Virus record (IMG/VR): IMGVR_UViG_3300013006_000001
Span: 1 to 58,895 of that record
Source of the DNA: a virus
Lineage: Duplodnaviria; Caudoviricetes
Length of the DNA stretch: 58,895 nucleotides
Strand: one strand, 5' to 3'
The notes under the pieces were generated by a model. That model was given only the letters and a program-made list of their open reading frames with translations, was not told where the DNA came from and ran no database searches. Positions within the stretch are counted from its first letter, which is position 1, and the number at the start of each line of letters is the position of its first letter. Below are positions 26,848 to 36,419 of this stretch, in pieces. The translations under genes and the position numbers were made by a program.

Positions 26848-28024
26848 AGTTATTGCGGGGGATCAAGATCATTTTGTTTCCGAACACCGGCTTCAAGTCG
26901 ATTCCGGCCAGAAAATTGCCACCCCCGCCAGACGCAGTGACATCCTGCAGCACAGATGCGTATGAGGTTTGCTTCTGGAGGGTTATGTTCCCCGTAACAC
27001 TGACGCCGGTTATGAGAGTGGCTGTGTCGGTCGTTGTGGTGGCAGTAGCCGAACCGCCAATCGTGACGCCAGTTGGCTGGTAGATGGTTGCCGTTGCCGT
27101 GGACGATGTGACTTGGCAGCTTACCGAATTGAATCCAACGGCTGTGATGTAGGTGATGACCGATGAAGTGGCGCTGACGCTGCCAGTCAGACCGCTGCCG
27201 GTCAGAACGACGTTGGTCAGGAAAGTCTTTTGTGAGGTCGTTGTTGAGACGCTCAGGCTGGCACCGCTGCCGGTGACATCAGTCAGGTACGCCAATTGAG
27301 ACTGCGTCTTGTCCAATTTTGGAGGTGGCAGCTTCTTCATCTTTGGATACGCGCCGCAAGACTCCCAGTATTTGAGCGGCACAGAGGGGTACCCTCTTCC
27401 TCCTCCTTGCTCTGGAGGTCCCAACCAAGGCATGTTGACTGGGAACGGAGGAGTTCCCGGACTTCCAACGTCGTTGAATGGGTCGCCTCCAATACCGCCG
27501 CCAACAGGGTATCCGTTGGGAGTAACTGAGAATGAAGAGCCGCCGTTCGCCATGGACGAGTTGACCCTGAACGGGATTCCATCGTCGCCAGTAATCATCG
27601 ACACACTGAGTTCGTTGGTCGTGATGTAGTTGGCGTTGACAGTGTCGAACTGACTGGGGCCACCTACGTTGAACGTCGGCCCGCCGTAGAAGTTGGACGC
27701 ATTGAAGTAACTGTCGGTCGGAAAGAAGAACTGGGAGCCGCTGTAGTTCACAGAGTTCCAGTCTCCCGCCTTGTAGCCCGGAATGTCTGTGAAGCCGCCG
27801 TTGCCAGCCTGACCAAGGATGTCCTTGAAAGCGGACGGGTCCCATGTTTTGCCGCCGTAGACGCCTCGGTTGTTGCCAGAGGAACCGGGCTGAATGTTGA
27901 CCTGACCTCGGTGTGTCAGAGGCTGGTTGCAATTCCCAAGAGACTGGGCCAACGCCTTGATTGCTGCTGGCGGCAGGACGTTGTTGAGGGCATCAACGAC
28001 TGCGGGAATTGACTGGGTAAACAT
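26846..28024 (-). CDS. Tail-associated structural protein
   Basis: G/S/T-rich beta-type C-terminus; follows nozzle. Confidence 0.55.
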   Translation of the reverse strand: MFTQSIPAVVDALNNVLPPAAIKALAQSLGNCNQPLTHRGQVNIQPGSSGNNRGVYGGKTWDPSAFKDILGQAGNGGFTDIPGYKAGDWNSVNYSGSQFFFPTDSYFNASNFYGGPTFNVGGPSQFDTVNANYITTNELSVSMITGDDGIPFRVNSSMANGGSSFSVTPNGYPVGGGIGGDPFNDVGSPGTPPFPVNMPWLGPPEQGGGRGYPSVPLKYWESCGAYPKMKKLPPPKLDKTQSQLAYLTDVTGSGASLSVSTTTSQKTFLTNVVLTGSGLTGSVSATSSVITYITAVGFNSVSCQVTSSTATATIYQPTGVTIGGSATATTTTDTATLITGVSVTGNITLQKQTSYASVLQDVTASGGGGNFLAGIDLKPVFGNKMILIPRNN

Positions 28025-30621
28025 CAGCTTCCTGCTCCATCGACCATGGCGTCATAGATGATGATCTGGTCGCTCGACTGTTCGCCAGAGATTTCCAGAG
28101 CAACGTGCCTGTCAGCGCCCGCCGAACGTGGGTCGAAATGCCCCGAATACTTTGCCATTGCCACGCCTGTTGCGTCACCTAGGGCAGACCTTGTTTTCTT
28201 TAGATTGATGAAGGAGCCATCGGTAGTGGCCTCAAATCCGGCCCCGCTGGCGTACTGAATGGCGTTGGCCCGTGGGGTCTGGGAATTGTTGTAGTGCAGC
28301 TTCGCCGCCAGTGTGGCATCGCTTGTCGTTGGGTCATAGACAATCTGGATGGCTCGGGATTGACTCTCTGGCTTGAGTGCAAGGTTTCCGGTACGCATCT
28401 TGTAGGACACGTTGGCCGACACATCAACCAGCCCGCTTGGCTTGGTGAAGTATCCGGCAGTCCCGAACAAGCTGTCACACTTTCCGCTGTTCCAGATGGA
28501 GACAGACGCCGTCATGCTGGTCGGGTACGTCTCCTCCCACCATGCCTTGGTGGTTGCGCAATAGCACAATGCCCTGATGATTCCCGTGTCTCCAGCCTTG
28601 GCGTAATGCAGGCGGATGATCTTTCTCAGGTAGTCGCAAGACACGTGGAACTCAGACCTGCGGGTGAGGTCGATGATTCCGTCACGCCAGTAGTTGTCCA
28701 CAGGAACAGACACTGGGTCTTCCTGCTGCCCGTCAAAGGCGTACAGGCCGATGCTGTCTGCGATGAAGGCAACGCCGTTGAGCATGGCGTGGCACCGCTG
28801 ATTCAGCATCCCGCGATAGCACGCCAGAAGCAGAGACGCATCAATCACCGGCTGCGCGACGTAAGACAGCTTGTAGGCGTGGGCGTTCTGGAAAATGAAG
28901 AGCGAAGACGCCATTGGGATGAGGCCCTGAATGGTGTCTGGCGTTCCTGTGTTCTGCTGCAGGATAAGTTCGTTCACCTCACTCACAGACTCTGGCTCGT
29001 CAATCTCTGAGTAGAACAGAGAGTTGTTCTTGTCTCCAGTCAGGTCAAAGGCGTACCAAGCCCTGTCCTGAAACATGCAGGCGATGCCAAAGTTCCCGGG
29101 TGGGACTTCAAACCGTCGTGCGTTCAATTGGCCGGACGGGAGAGTGACAGGCATCAGGCCAAAGCCGGTGCGGTCTGGGTCAACCAAGTCGGGGTCTTGA
29201 ATTGTGTCAACATACGATGCAGAAAAACTTGCTCTCTGAATCGTCGCAACGCGGTACAGAATGACAGACTGGTCGGACGATGTCCTCCACAACTCCATCG
29301 CCGTGACGCGGTCATCAAGAGTCCCGTGCGTGAAGTTCCAAGTCAGGGATGCGGAGGATTCGCCAGTGTCAATCTCCACAAGCTCTGAGATTGAAGACGG
29401 CACTGGTCCATTCTGGGACTCTGGGGTGCTGTCCAGATACCGGATGGCACACTGGTAAACGCCACGCATGTTGGACGAGATGATTGCCGACGCCTTGGCT
29501 GGCGTTGGATAGATGATTGCTTCTGGCACCGCTGTGTACAAACCACCTGCGTATACGGAGGTGCCCGTCACGTTGCCTGTTGAGTTGACGTAGGCGGTTG
29601 CTGCTGCTCCCCCGCTGTATGGATCAGAGCTTGCAGCACGAACGGAAACCAGCGGCTGTGTCTTGTACCCAGAACCAGAGCTTGAGACGGTGATGGAGTT
29701 GACGCGGTAGGACATCTTGACATCCAGAGTGACCCCAGCCATGCCGCTGATGTAGGCCGTCACTCCTGTTGTTGTCGCCCCTGTCCCGCCGGACAAAATC
29801 GAAACCGGACCAATCGTGTGGTCATCGTTGATGTAGACCGTCCCCATGGCATTGGTCAGGCCCTGAGCGGTTGAGAACGAGACGGTCATAAGGCTTCCGG
29901 CGCTGGTGCTGGCCGTATTGCTCGCCGTCCCTCGCCCAACAACCAGAACGTCTGAGACACTGCCGATGACGCCGACAGACAGGGACGCACCAGTGCCTTG
30001 CCCGCCAGTTACCTCGACGGTTGGAGCGGTCTGATAACCAGACCCCTTGTCCGCAACAGTGACGGCAGAAAGCTGGCCGTTCATAATCTTGGCTTGGGCT
30101 TTGGCTGGAACTGCGTAGCTTCCGCCAGACAGCGTGATTGTCGGAAGCTGCGAGAACCCGGAGCCCGGACTGATGACCTGAATCCCAGAGACGTAGTAGC
30201 TGGCTGACGTTGCAGCAGTAACCGCCGGTCCACGGGCTGGCGGAACAATCCCCACCGGAGTTGCCGACACAGACCCACCCGACCACCGGATTCCACGGCC
30301 CATACCGTCGAACCCGTACATGTCGTTGAACCGGCCCTTGATGAACGACATTGGGCGGATGGTCACTCCAGCAACAGCAGCGGTCGCAGCGGCACTGGTG
30401 CCTCCACCTCCGCTGATGGTAATTGTGGCGGCGGAATACCCTCGCCCGGGATTGACGATTGCCACTGACGCAACAGCCGTGCCAGCCATGATGGCGACAG
30501 CAGACGCACCGGTTCCGTTGCCGGTGATTGCAACCGTAGGCAGCCCCGTGTAGCCGGTTCCTCCAGTCACAAGGCCAACCTTGATGATTCCGCCGGTCGT
30601 TCTGGCTGCTAGCTGAGTCAT
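28024..30621 (-). CDS. Tail nozzle/DNA-stabilisation protein (P22 gp10/T7 gp12-like) with inserted GxGY repeat domains
   Basis: FQDRAWY...LFYSEIDEPES...GLYAFDG beta-propeller patterns; repeated GxGY...P.V.I.GG..GA.A units. Confidence 0.65.
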   Translation of the reverse strand: MTQLAARTTGGIIKVGLVTGGTGYTGLPTVAITGNGTGASAVAIMAGTAVASVAIVNPGRGYSAATITISGGGGTSAAATAAVAGVTIRPMSFIKGRFNDMYGFDGMGRGIRWSGGSVSATPVGIVPPARGPAVTAATSASYYVSGIQVISPGSGFSQLPTITLSGGSYAVPAKAQAKIMNGQLSAVTVADKGSGYQTAPTVEVTGGQGTGASLSVGVIGSVSDVLVVGRGTASNTASTSAGSLMTVSFSTAQGLTNAMGTVYINDDHTIGPVSILSGGTGATTTGVTAYISGMAGVTLDVKMSYRVNSITVSSSGSGYKTQPLVSVRAASSDPYSGGAAATAYVNSTGNVTGTSVYAGGLYTAVPEAIIYPTPAKASAIISSNMRGVYQCAIRYLDSTPESQNGPVPSSISELVEIDTGESSASLTWNFTHGTLDDRVTAMELWRTSSDQSVILYRVATIQRASFSASYVDTIQDPDLVDPDRTGFGLMPVTLPSGQLNARRFEVPPGNFGIACMFQDRAWYAFDLTGDKNNSLFYSEIDEPESVSEVNELILQQNTGTPDTIQGLIPMASSLFIFQNAHAYKLSYVAQPVIDASLLLACYRGMLNQRCHAMLNGVAFIADSIGLYAFDGQQEDPVSVPVDNYWRDGIIDLTRRSEFHVSCDYLRKIIRLHYAKAGDTGIIRALCYCATTKAWWEETYPTSMTASVSIWNSGKCDSLFGTAGYFTKPSGLVDVSANVSYKMRTGNLALKPESQSRAIQIVYDPTTSDATLAAKLHYNNSQTPRANAIQYASGAGFEATTDGSFINLKKTRSALGDATGVAMAKYSGHFDPRSAGADRHVALEISGEQSSDQIIIYDAMVDGAGS

Positions 30622-30878
30622 GTCGGCCCCTGAGCGATGTACACTTTTCCGTCTGCCGTCTGGTAGACGATTGAATCAGACGCAATTGGCCTAGCATAGC
30701 GGAACGCAGAGACAATAACGGACGTTGTGGCCGTCAGGTCTGAGAAGCCTGCTGTCGTGTTGCCAAGTCGGACGTTCAGTCTTCCGGGAGAGATGACCTG
30801 CATGTTGACCTGAGTCACTGCGGCCCCAACAGGCACCTCATAGGGAGAGGCATTTGTTACAAGCCCTGCCCATTTCAT
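30618..30878 (-). CDS. Small tail protein resembling a detached nozzle N-terminus
   Basis: MKWAGLVTNASPYEVP...VNM...GRLNVRLG; ATGA-coupled on both sides. Confidence 0.55.
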   Translation of the reverse strand: MKWAGLVTNASPYEVPVGAAVTQVNMQVISPGRLNVRLGNTTAGFSDLTATTSVIVSAFRYARPIASDSIVYQTADGKVYIAQGPT

Positions 30879-32011
30879 GGCGAACCTCCACTGAAGTTGT
30901 CGGCCATGAGCGGCGTCCTCCACCCCATGGCATCCCACACGATTGCGGAACCCGTCTGTGCCCTGATGACAGAGTCGTTCTCCATGGCAAGACGCAAGTC
31001 ACGCTGGTACAGAGCGTATGCCTGCTCGGGCTTGTTGCCACGAATCCGCGACAGCCAGTATTCGCTGGCACTCATCATGCAGTTCTGGATTCCGGGAGGA
31101 CAGTCGATTGGGTCAGTCACCATGTACTTGACGCTGCTGAAAGTCAGGGCGTCTTGAACCGTGAGTGTGGTGGCGTTTGTCACCGCCGTAATCAAAGTCT
31201 CGTAGACAAACGGGGACAGGCTGTCCTCTGATCCCGGAAGATCAGCCCCTCCAACGCGAAGCACAGAGCCCACCATTGCGGAAGAGAATGCTGTCCCGAC
31301 ACCAAGGACAGTGGTGCTGCCGGAAGCACTGATGGTGCCCTGTCGAGACGTAGCCTCATGCCCTGAGATTCTCAGGTTTTTGTTTGTGCGACGGTAGGTG
31401 AAGTCCAGTGTTGCCACGGTCGCCGGGTATCCAATGATCCTCACGGCATACAGGCCAGTGCCATCGTATGGCACAACGGTCCAGTAGGAGGGCGGGCCCT
31501 GAATGCTCTGGGCTCGCTCCATCTTCATCGCCTGATCAGGAGACACGTACATCAGAGGTGCCAGCCGGTCCTCGTTGACGGGCGGGTCCATGTTCCTGAA
31601 GTCTGACGGCAGTGGGTAGACCGTGCGGTACAGCGAAGCAGGCGTTGCCGTTGTCAGGTCCTTGGGGAAGTCCAGCACGCTGTCAAGGACGAGGGTGTTG
31701 TCGTTCGTTCTCGACCGGACCTTGCAGACGATGTTGTTGATCCGCATTTCTCTGTAGATAGAGTCTGCAGGAAACGGGTCGCCAGTTGTTCGCGTGACTG
31801 TCGATGTCGCCGCGTCATAGGACACAGAGCCAAACCAGTTGGCGGCGAACACGATTCGGCAGTGCGTGTTGTAGTATTGCCAGTCCCGCAGCCACACAAC
31901 CTCTCTTGTGGCCCGCCGGATGGCGGAACGAATGTCCTTCTGCTCGGCGTCTTGGGGACCGCCGAACGAAGAGGTGATGAGATATTCGACAACGTCAAAG
32001 TAGGTCAGCAT
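30875..32011 (-). CDS. Head-tail adaptor (tail tubular A-like) with Ig-like insertions
   Basis: Helical N-terminus, YPLPSDF, GPPSYW, GYPA, helical C-terminus; position before nozzle. Confidence 0.65.
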   Translation of the reverse strand: MLTYFDVVEYLITSSFGGPQDAEQKDIRSAIRRATREVVWLRDWQYYNTHCRIVFAANWFGSVSYDAATSTVTRTTGDPFPADSIYREMRINNIVCKVRSRTNDNTLVLDSVLDFPKDLTTATPASLYRTVYPLPSDFRNMDPPVNEDRLAPLMYVSPDQAMKMERAQSIQGPPSYWTVVPYDGTGLYAVRIIGYPATVATLDFTYRRTNKNLRISGHEATSRQGTISASGSTTVLGVGTAFSSAMVGSVLRVGGADLPGSEDSLSPFVYETLITAVTNATTLTVQDALTFSSVKYMVTDPIDCPPGIQNCMMSASEYWLSRIRGNKPEQAYALYQRDLRLAMENDSVIRAQTGSAIVWDAMGWRTPLMADNFSGGSP

Positions 32012-32279
32012 GCAACCATTCCCTCAAGTCTTCAATGCCGACGTAGCCAACTCTGGCACGAACGACCTTGCCGTTCCGATACAGGCGAAGTGCCGGTACC
32101 GGCTCCCACTCATCCGCCTCAATCACTTCCACACTGCCAACAACTCCTGACAGAACTTCGGGGTGCGCGGCCAAGTCATCCTTCAGACGGACGCACGCCA
32201 CGCAGTCTTCCCGTGACGAGATCACAAGGTCCATCTCACCAGAAAACGCCAAGCACGCCAGCAGAATCGACCAAGTCAT
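31995..32279 (-). CDS. Thioredoxin-like protein with signal-like N-terminus
   Basis: CVAC active-site motif; VPALRLYRNGKVV...VG cis-Pro segment. Confidence 0.7.
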   Translation of the reverse strand: MTWSILLACLAFSGEMDLVISSREDCVACVRLKDDLAAHPEVLSGVVGSVEVIEADEWEPVPALRLYRNGKVVRARVGYVGIEDLREWLHADLL

Positions 32280-32285
32280 GTGAGT

Positions 32286-32304
32286 CCTCCTGCATTAAGT
32301 GTCC
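32286..32304 (-). promoter_or_regulatory. Putative late promoter fused to RBS
   Basis: GGACACT-TAAT-GCAGGAGG-6 nt-ATG. Confidence 0.55.
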
Positions 32305-32373
32305 TGAATCAAAGCATAACGAAACATCGCTCTGCTCGGCAAGCCTTGCGGTATGTCTGTTAGTGTATCCGAG

Positions 32374-33141
32374 TTACCAGACTCTTGCCCAAGGAACTAC
32401 GTTGGTTTGGTCAAAGGATGACGCTGTTGACGGGATGTCTGAGTATCCGTCCTTCTTGCCGCTGCACTTGGGGGTGATGGCGAGAGCGAACGTGTTGGCG
32501 GCGCTGCCGATGAACTGCGGCGGTGTGGTCGCAACGAACAGGCACGCTATTCCATACCGAGAGCCTGCATTGAGCGTGTACGAGGACGCGAACGAGCGGG
32601 TGTACAGGGTGTTGGTGTCAGAGAACAGCGATGTGTCGTTAGCGGTTTGTGCAACCAAAGTCGCCGTAGTCTCGTCAAATGTGTACAGGCCGAACTTGGC
32701 GAGAGTGATTCCAGAACCGCCGGTGCCGCTCACCATGGATATCTGAGTTGCGGTGAAGGTGGTCAATGGCGAGAAGAATCCCCATGTAGCCTGCCCGGAC
32801 TGCGTCGGGACGTTGGTCATTGCCGCCGCACTGCGGTTGAACGTCTCGGCCATGTACGGCGTGATGTTCAGGTTGAGTGCAATCCCTGCCACTCTGGCGA
32901 TGGCGCTGGACAGCAGTGAGTCTGCGATTGTCCCGGTTGTCAGCAGGCTGGCGTCGGTGACCGCGTCCGCTGACAGGAAGTACGTCAGCGAGTTGTATGC
33001 TGTTGAACCGTCGCCAAACTTGCACCGACGAGAGTCTGTCTCATACCCGATGACGCCGTACCCAAGCACCGGGTTCGCAGCCGCCATCGCTGCCGCTGTG
33101 TTGCGGATATGCTCAAACGTAACTCGGGTTGCGAACTCCAT
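32374..33141 (-). CDS. Short tail fibre/spike (Mtd/hyaluronidase-type N-terminal domain)
   Basis: ANPVLGYGVIGYETD..KFGDG.TAYNSLTY; C-domain paralogous to the 614-aa fibre. Confidence 0.75.
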   Translation of the reverse strand: MEFATRVTFEHIRNTAAAMAAANPVLGYGVIGYETDSRRCKFGDGSTAYNSLTYFLSADAVTDASLLTTGTIADSLLSSAIARVAGIALNLNITPYMAETFNRSAAAMTNVPTQSGQATWGFFSPLTTFTATQISMVSGTGGSGITLAKFGLYTFDETTATLVAQTANDTSLFSDTNTLYTRSFASSYTLNAGSRYGIACLFVATTPPQFIGSAANTFALAITPKCSGKKDGYSDIPSTASSFDQTNVVPWARVW

Positions 33142-33498
33142 TCATAGCCCCGATGCTTCCAGAAACGCGGCGTCAACGGCAGCGGAGTCCATGCCGAAAC
33201 CAGCAGCCATTTGAGCCAACATGCTGCTAGAGCGATGGATAACTGGCTCATACTCCCACTCGATTTGCGTCTCTTCTCTGACGCTGTCTGGCAGGGCAGC
33301 TATGGCTGCGTCAACCTGCGCTAGCGTGATGCCGTGACGCACCAGCCACTTGCGTATTTGTGCAGCAGTCACTGAGTCCGGCGTGACCGGAGGCGAGTCA
33401 GGCGCAGACTGATTTGTTCCGCAGTAGTTGCCGTCATCGTCATATGCTTTCCACGTTTTCAGTCCGTCTACAATCCCGATGTATTCAGTGCGTCCCAT
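33142..33498 (-). CDS. Tail fibre assembly chaperone-like protein
   Basis: VTAAQIRKWL...IEWEY...VDAAFLEA, a pattern commonly found after fibre genes. Confidence 0.6.
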   Translation of the reverse strand: MGRTEYIGIVDGLKTWKAYDDDGNYCGTNQSAPDSPPVTPDSVTAAQIRKWLVRHGITLAQVDAAIAALPDSVREETQIEWEYEPVIHRSSSMLAQMAAGFGMDSAAVDAAFLEASGL

Positions 33499-35342
33499 TA
33501 TGTGAACCTTGCAAAAGGAAGCGTTCCATTGTTGACAAGAGTGCCGGTGGTGGCGCAGCTTGTCGGCAGGTCTGTCTGCGATAATACTTGACCGGACACG
33601 CGCGGGGTAATATTGGCCGATAGTCCTGTAGACTGAACTCTTGTGGTCATGTTACCCATTGTGGTTCCAGTGTTGAGAACAGCGACCCCGTACTTAGTCC
33701 CAGCCGTGAGGGTGTACGAGGTTGGGTAACCACCGGCGGAAGCAAGCACGCGACTGTACGCGGTATTAATTGCGGCGAAGTTCGCAGTGTTGCTGGCAGT
33801 GCGAGCAACGAGGGTGGCTGTCGTTCCGTCGAAAGTGTACAAGCCGAACCTAGACAACGTCAGACCAGAAGACGCGACGCTGCTGCTGTACATTGTAATC
33901 GTCGTTATCGTTTTTGTAACCAGCGGTGTGAAGAAAGTCATCCACATATTACCAGTTTGGAAAGTGGTGCTTCCAGACGCCAGCATGGACGGGAAAACTT
34001 CGACAGCGGTACCATCACCTCCCAGCCAATTGTCAAGATACGAGATTGTCGGTATGTTGGCACTCAGCCTTGCGTCGGCAAGGGTGCCAGTGAGGTCGGA
34101 CGCGAGCCCGCTCGTTGCGACAGTTGCCAGACCTGTCACTGCGGACGAAGCAATCGACGCAGCAGTTGTCAACACGCCCGATGTGGTGGTCACAACAATC
34201 TGGCCGGACGTTGAGCCGATTGCGCCTGCGTTTGTGATGTTGCCGTGAGTATGCGACAGCGTGGAACTTGGGGTGCGGCTGTCAGATAAACGTGTGTCAT
34301 TTCCTTTCACGACCTGACCGCTGGTGGCATCCCCTGCTGCCGCAACGTCAAGCGAGGACGAAGTACCAAGCGTCGGCTTTGAGGTGAGGTCGGCATACAG
34401 CCCGGATGTGGCAACCGTGGCAAGTGTTGGCGTGCCTGTGATGGAGGCATACGGCAGGCTGGTTACTGGGGCGGCAACACTGATGGTCCCGTCGCCTGCG
34501 ATTGTGGTGTTGGACCCCTGTTTGACCCCGCCCAAAACGCTCGACGTTGCAACCGGTAGTGTGTAGGCAGATGGCGTGCCTGTTAAATCGGAGTAACTCC
34601 CCGAAGTTGCAACCGTAGCCAGCGTGGGCGTGCCGGTGATGGAAGAGTATGGGAGGCTGGTGACCGGTGCCGCCACAGAGATTGTGCCGTCGCCGCCAAT
34701 GGTGACGTTGCTACCCTGCTTGACCCCTCCCAAAACGCTCGCCGTAGCCACCGGCAGGGTGTATTCGGACGGGATGGTGGGCTTTCCGGTAAGGTCGCTG
34801 TAGTTGTTGGAGGTCGCCACGGCCCCTAGGCCCGTAATCGTGCCCGCCGACTGGGTGCCGGTGTGATTGGACCTCTGTATGGCGTAAGCCTGCACAGCGG
34901 CGTCTGCGGTGCCCACAAACGCAGTTGTGGGTATCTGCTGGCTGATGTTCCCGGACGCAGGGCTGGGCACGGTCGGGGTGCCAGTGAAAGCTGGGGAATT
35001 TAGGGTGGCGAACGAGCCTAGGGCGGCTTTCCCGTCAAGCTCGGCACGAAGGCCGGTCACCTGAGCAACGGCCAACTGGACAGCATCGGACCCGCCGGTT
35101 CCATGAGATGAAGCATGCTGGGACGGGGCGAAGCTGGCTGGCTTGTTGAGCAGCGCAGCCCACTCAGTTGATCCGCTGAAGTAGGTCAGTGAGTTGTAGG
35201 CAGTGACGCCGTCGCCCAGCTTGGCCCGATAGGTGTCCGTCTCATAGGCGATGACGCCATACCCCACCACCGGATTGGCAGCAGTGAACCCCGCCGCCGT
35301 GTTGCGGATATGGTCGAACGCTACTTTTGTGGTGAAGCTCAT
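33498..35342 (-). CDS. Tail fibre protein
   Basis: Mtd-type N-domain, SPAFTGTPT, tandem YTLPVAT.SVLGGVKQG repeats, VATSG.Y.DL motifs. Confidence 0.85.
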   Translation of the reverse strand: MSFTTKVAFDHIRNTAAGFTAANPVVGYGVIAYETDTYRAKLGDGVTAYNSLTYFSGSTEWAALLNKPASFAPSQHASSHGTGGSDAVQLAVAQVTGLRAELDGKAALGSFATLNSPAFTGTPTVPSPASGNISQQIPTTAFVGTADAAVQAYAIQRSNHTGTQSAGTITGLGAVATSNNYSDLTGKPTIPSEYTLPVATASVLGGVKQGSNVTIGGDGTISVAAPVTSLPYSSITGTPTLATVATSGSYSDLTGTPSAYTLPVATSSVLGGVKQGSNTTIAGDGTISVAAPVTSLPYASITGTPTLATVATSGLYADLTSKPTLGTSSSLDVAAAGDATSGQVVKGNDTRLSDSRTPSSTLSHTHGNITNAGAIGSTSGQIVVTTTSGVLTTAASIASSAVTGLATVATSGLASDLTGTLADARLSANIPTISYLDNWLGGDGTAVEVFPSMLASGSTTFQTGNMWMTFFTPLVTKTITTITMYSSSVASSGLTLSRFGLYTFDGTTATLVARTASNTANFAAINTAYSRVLASAGGYPTSYTLTAGTKYGVAVLNTGTTMGNMTTRVQSTGLSANITPRVSGQVLSQTDLPTSCATTGTLVNNGTLPFARFT

Positions 35343-35572
35343 TGAATGGTCAGGATCAGTGGTGACACCGTCCCGCCTTCCGTCAGGCCAATCAAGTTCC
35401 CGTTACCCGCCCCCGACACAGCATAGTCCAGTTCCAGCCAACGCTTGACGCCATCGCCAATCTTGAAGAAGTGCAAGTCAGTGTCATATCCGGGTTCCCC
35501 CGGAAGCAAGATTGGGTTCTTGGTCCTCCACTCTTCGGTTGAGCCGCGACGTACCTCAATCTTTGCCATCAC
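35339..35572 (-). CDS. Stand-alone Mtd/hyaluronidase N-terminal domain protein
   Basis: RRGSTEEW..KNPILLPGEPGYDTD..KIGDG..W.EL.Y. Confidence 0.75.
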   Translation of the reverse strand: MMAKIEVRRGSTEEWRTKNPILLPGEPGYDTDLHFFKIGDGVKRWLELDYAVSGAGNGNLIGLTEGGTVSPLILTIQ

Positions 35573-36123
35573 ACACCCCGGTTCTTAGCCTTGTAGGAGT
35601 GCTTCTCAATCACCATGTGTCGAATCTCGCCCTTGGACAGATTCGGATGCAGCTTCTTGTACTTCTTGGCTTCCTCGCGGATAATGCTCTCGCTCATCTT
35701 CACCCGCTTGGGAGGAGCAACGCCGGGGTCATAGTTCACAGAACCACTGACCATCAGCCGTCGTTCCTTGGCCACGTTGAGGATGTCATCGTTCCCAGAC
35801 ACCCATGCACGCGGGTCCCGCCAGCCACGCTTGTCGGCAATCCCGCCGCAGTAGTATTTCCCCTCAATGGAAATCCCTGCCTGCCTTGCTTCCTTTGAGA
35901 TGTACCTAGCCTGATTGACCGGCATCTCATCCAACTGCTGATTGTTCATCCGCCCCTGCATGAAGGCACGGTCAGAACCCTTGGTTCCCGGAGGAGTCTG
36001 CAGGGCACACATCAAGGCCCAGCTTTCAGACTGACCGTCCCTGATCATGCGGCAGTAATGGTCCCTGATTTCCTTGGGAGCGCACTCAATCTCATCTGGC
36101 ATGTGGACGTAAGCAGTTGACAT
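35569..36123 (-). CDS. Hypothetical protein
   Basis: 184-aa ORF from MSTAYV; upstream extension overlaps previous gene. Confidence 0.7.
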   Translation of the reverse strand: MSTAYVHMPDEIECAPKEIRDHYCRMIRDGQSESWALMCALQTPPGTKGSDRAFMQGRMNNQQLDEMPVNQARYISKEARQAGISIEGKYYCGGIADKRGWRDPRAWVSGNDDILNVAKERRLMVSGSVNYDPGVAPPKRVKMSESIIREEAKKYKKLHPNLSKGEIRHMVIEKHSYKAKNRGV

Positions 36124-36140
36124 TCTGTAGCCCTTGTGGT

Positions 36141-36419
36141 TCAGCACTTCCACGCACGAAGTGACTTGTTGATCCGGCTGTCGGGGTCGTTTGCGGTTTT
36201 CTTGCTGGTCAGTTTCTTCTTCATTCCTTCCATGCGGGCACAGAACGAGTCTCGCCTCGCACCACCTTCTGGCTGCGGAGGTTTGAGGTTTGCACCATGG
36301 GCACGGTTGTAGGAGGCTCGCCCCTTGGCGTTGAGCCCACCTTCTTCGGCTTGGCCTTCCTTGCGGGTCCACGCACCACGGGACTTCACCAGCTTGCGAA
36401 TGTGGTCTGCACTATCCAT
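36141..36419 (-). CDS. Small basic virion-associated protein (DUF6321-like)
   Basis: WTRKEG...GGLNAKGR...RRDSFCARM...SLRAWKC. Confidence 0.7.
   Translation of the reverse strand: MDSADHIRKLVKSRGAWTRKEGQAEEGGLNAKGRASYNRAHGANLKPPQPEGGARRDSFCARMEGMKKKLTSKKTANDPDSRINKSLRAWKC

Noticed and set aside
32280-35572. Diversity-generating retroelement acting on Mtd-like fibres
   Set aside because: No reverse transcriptase and no near-identical TR/VR pair with adenine-specific differences seen.
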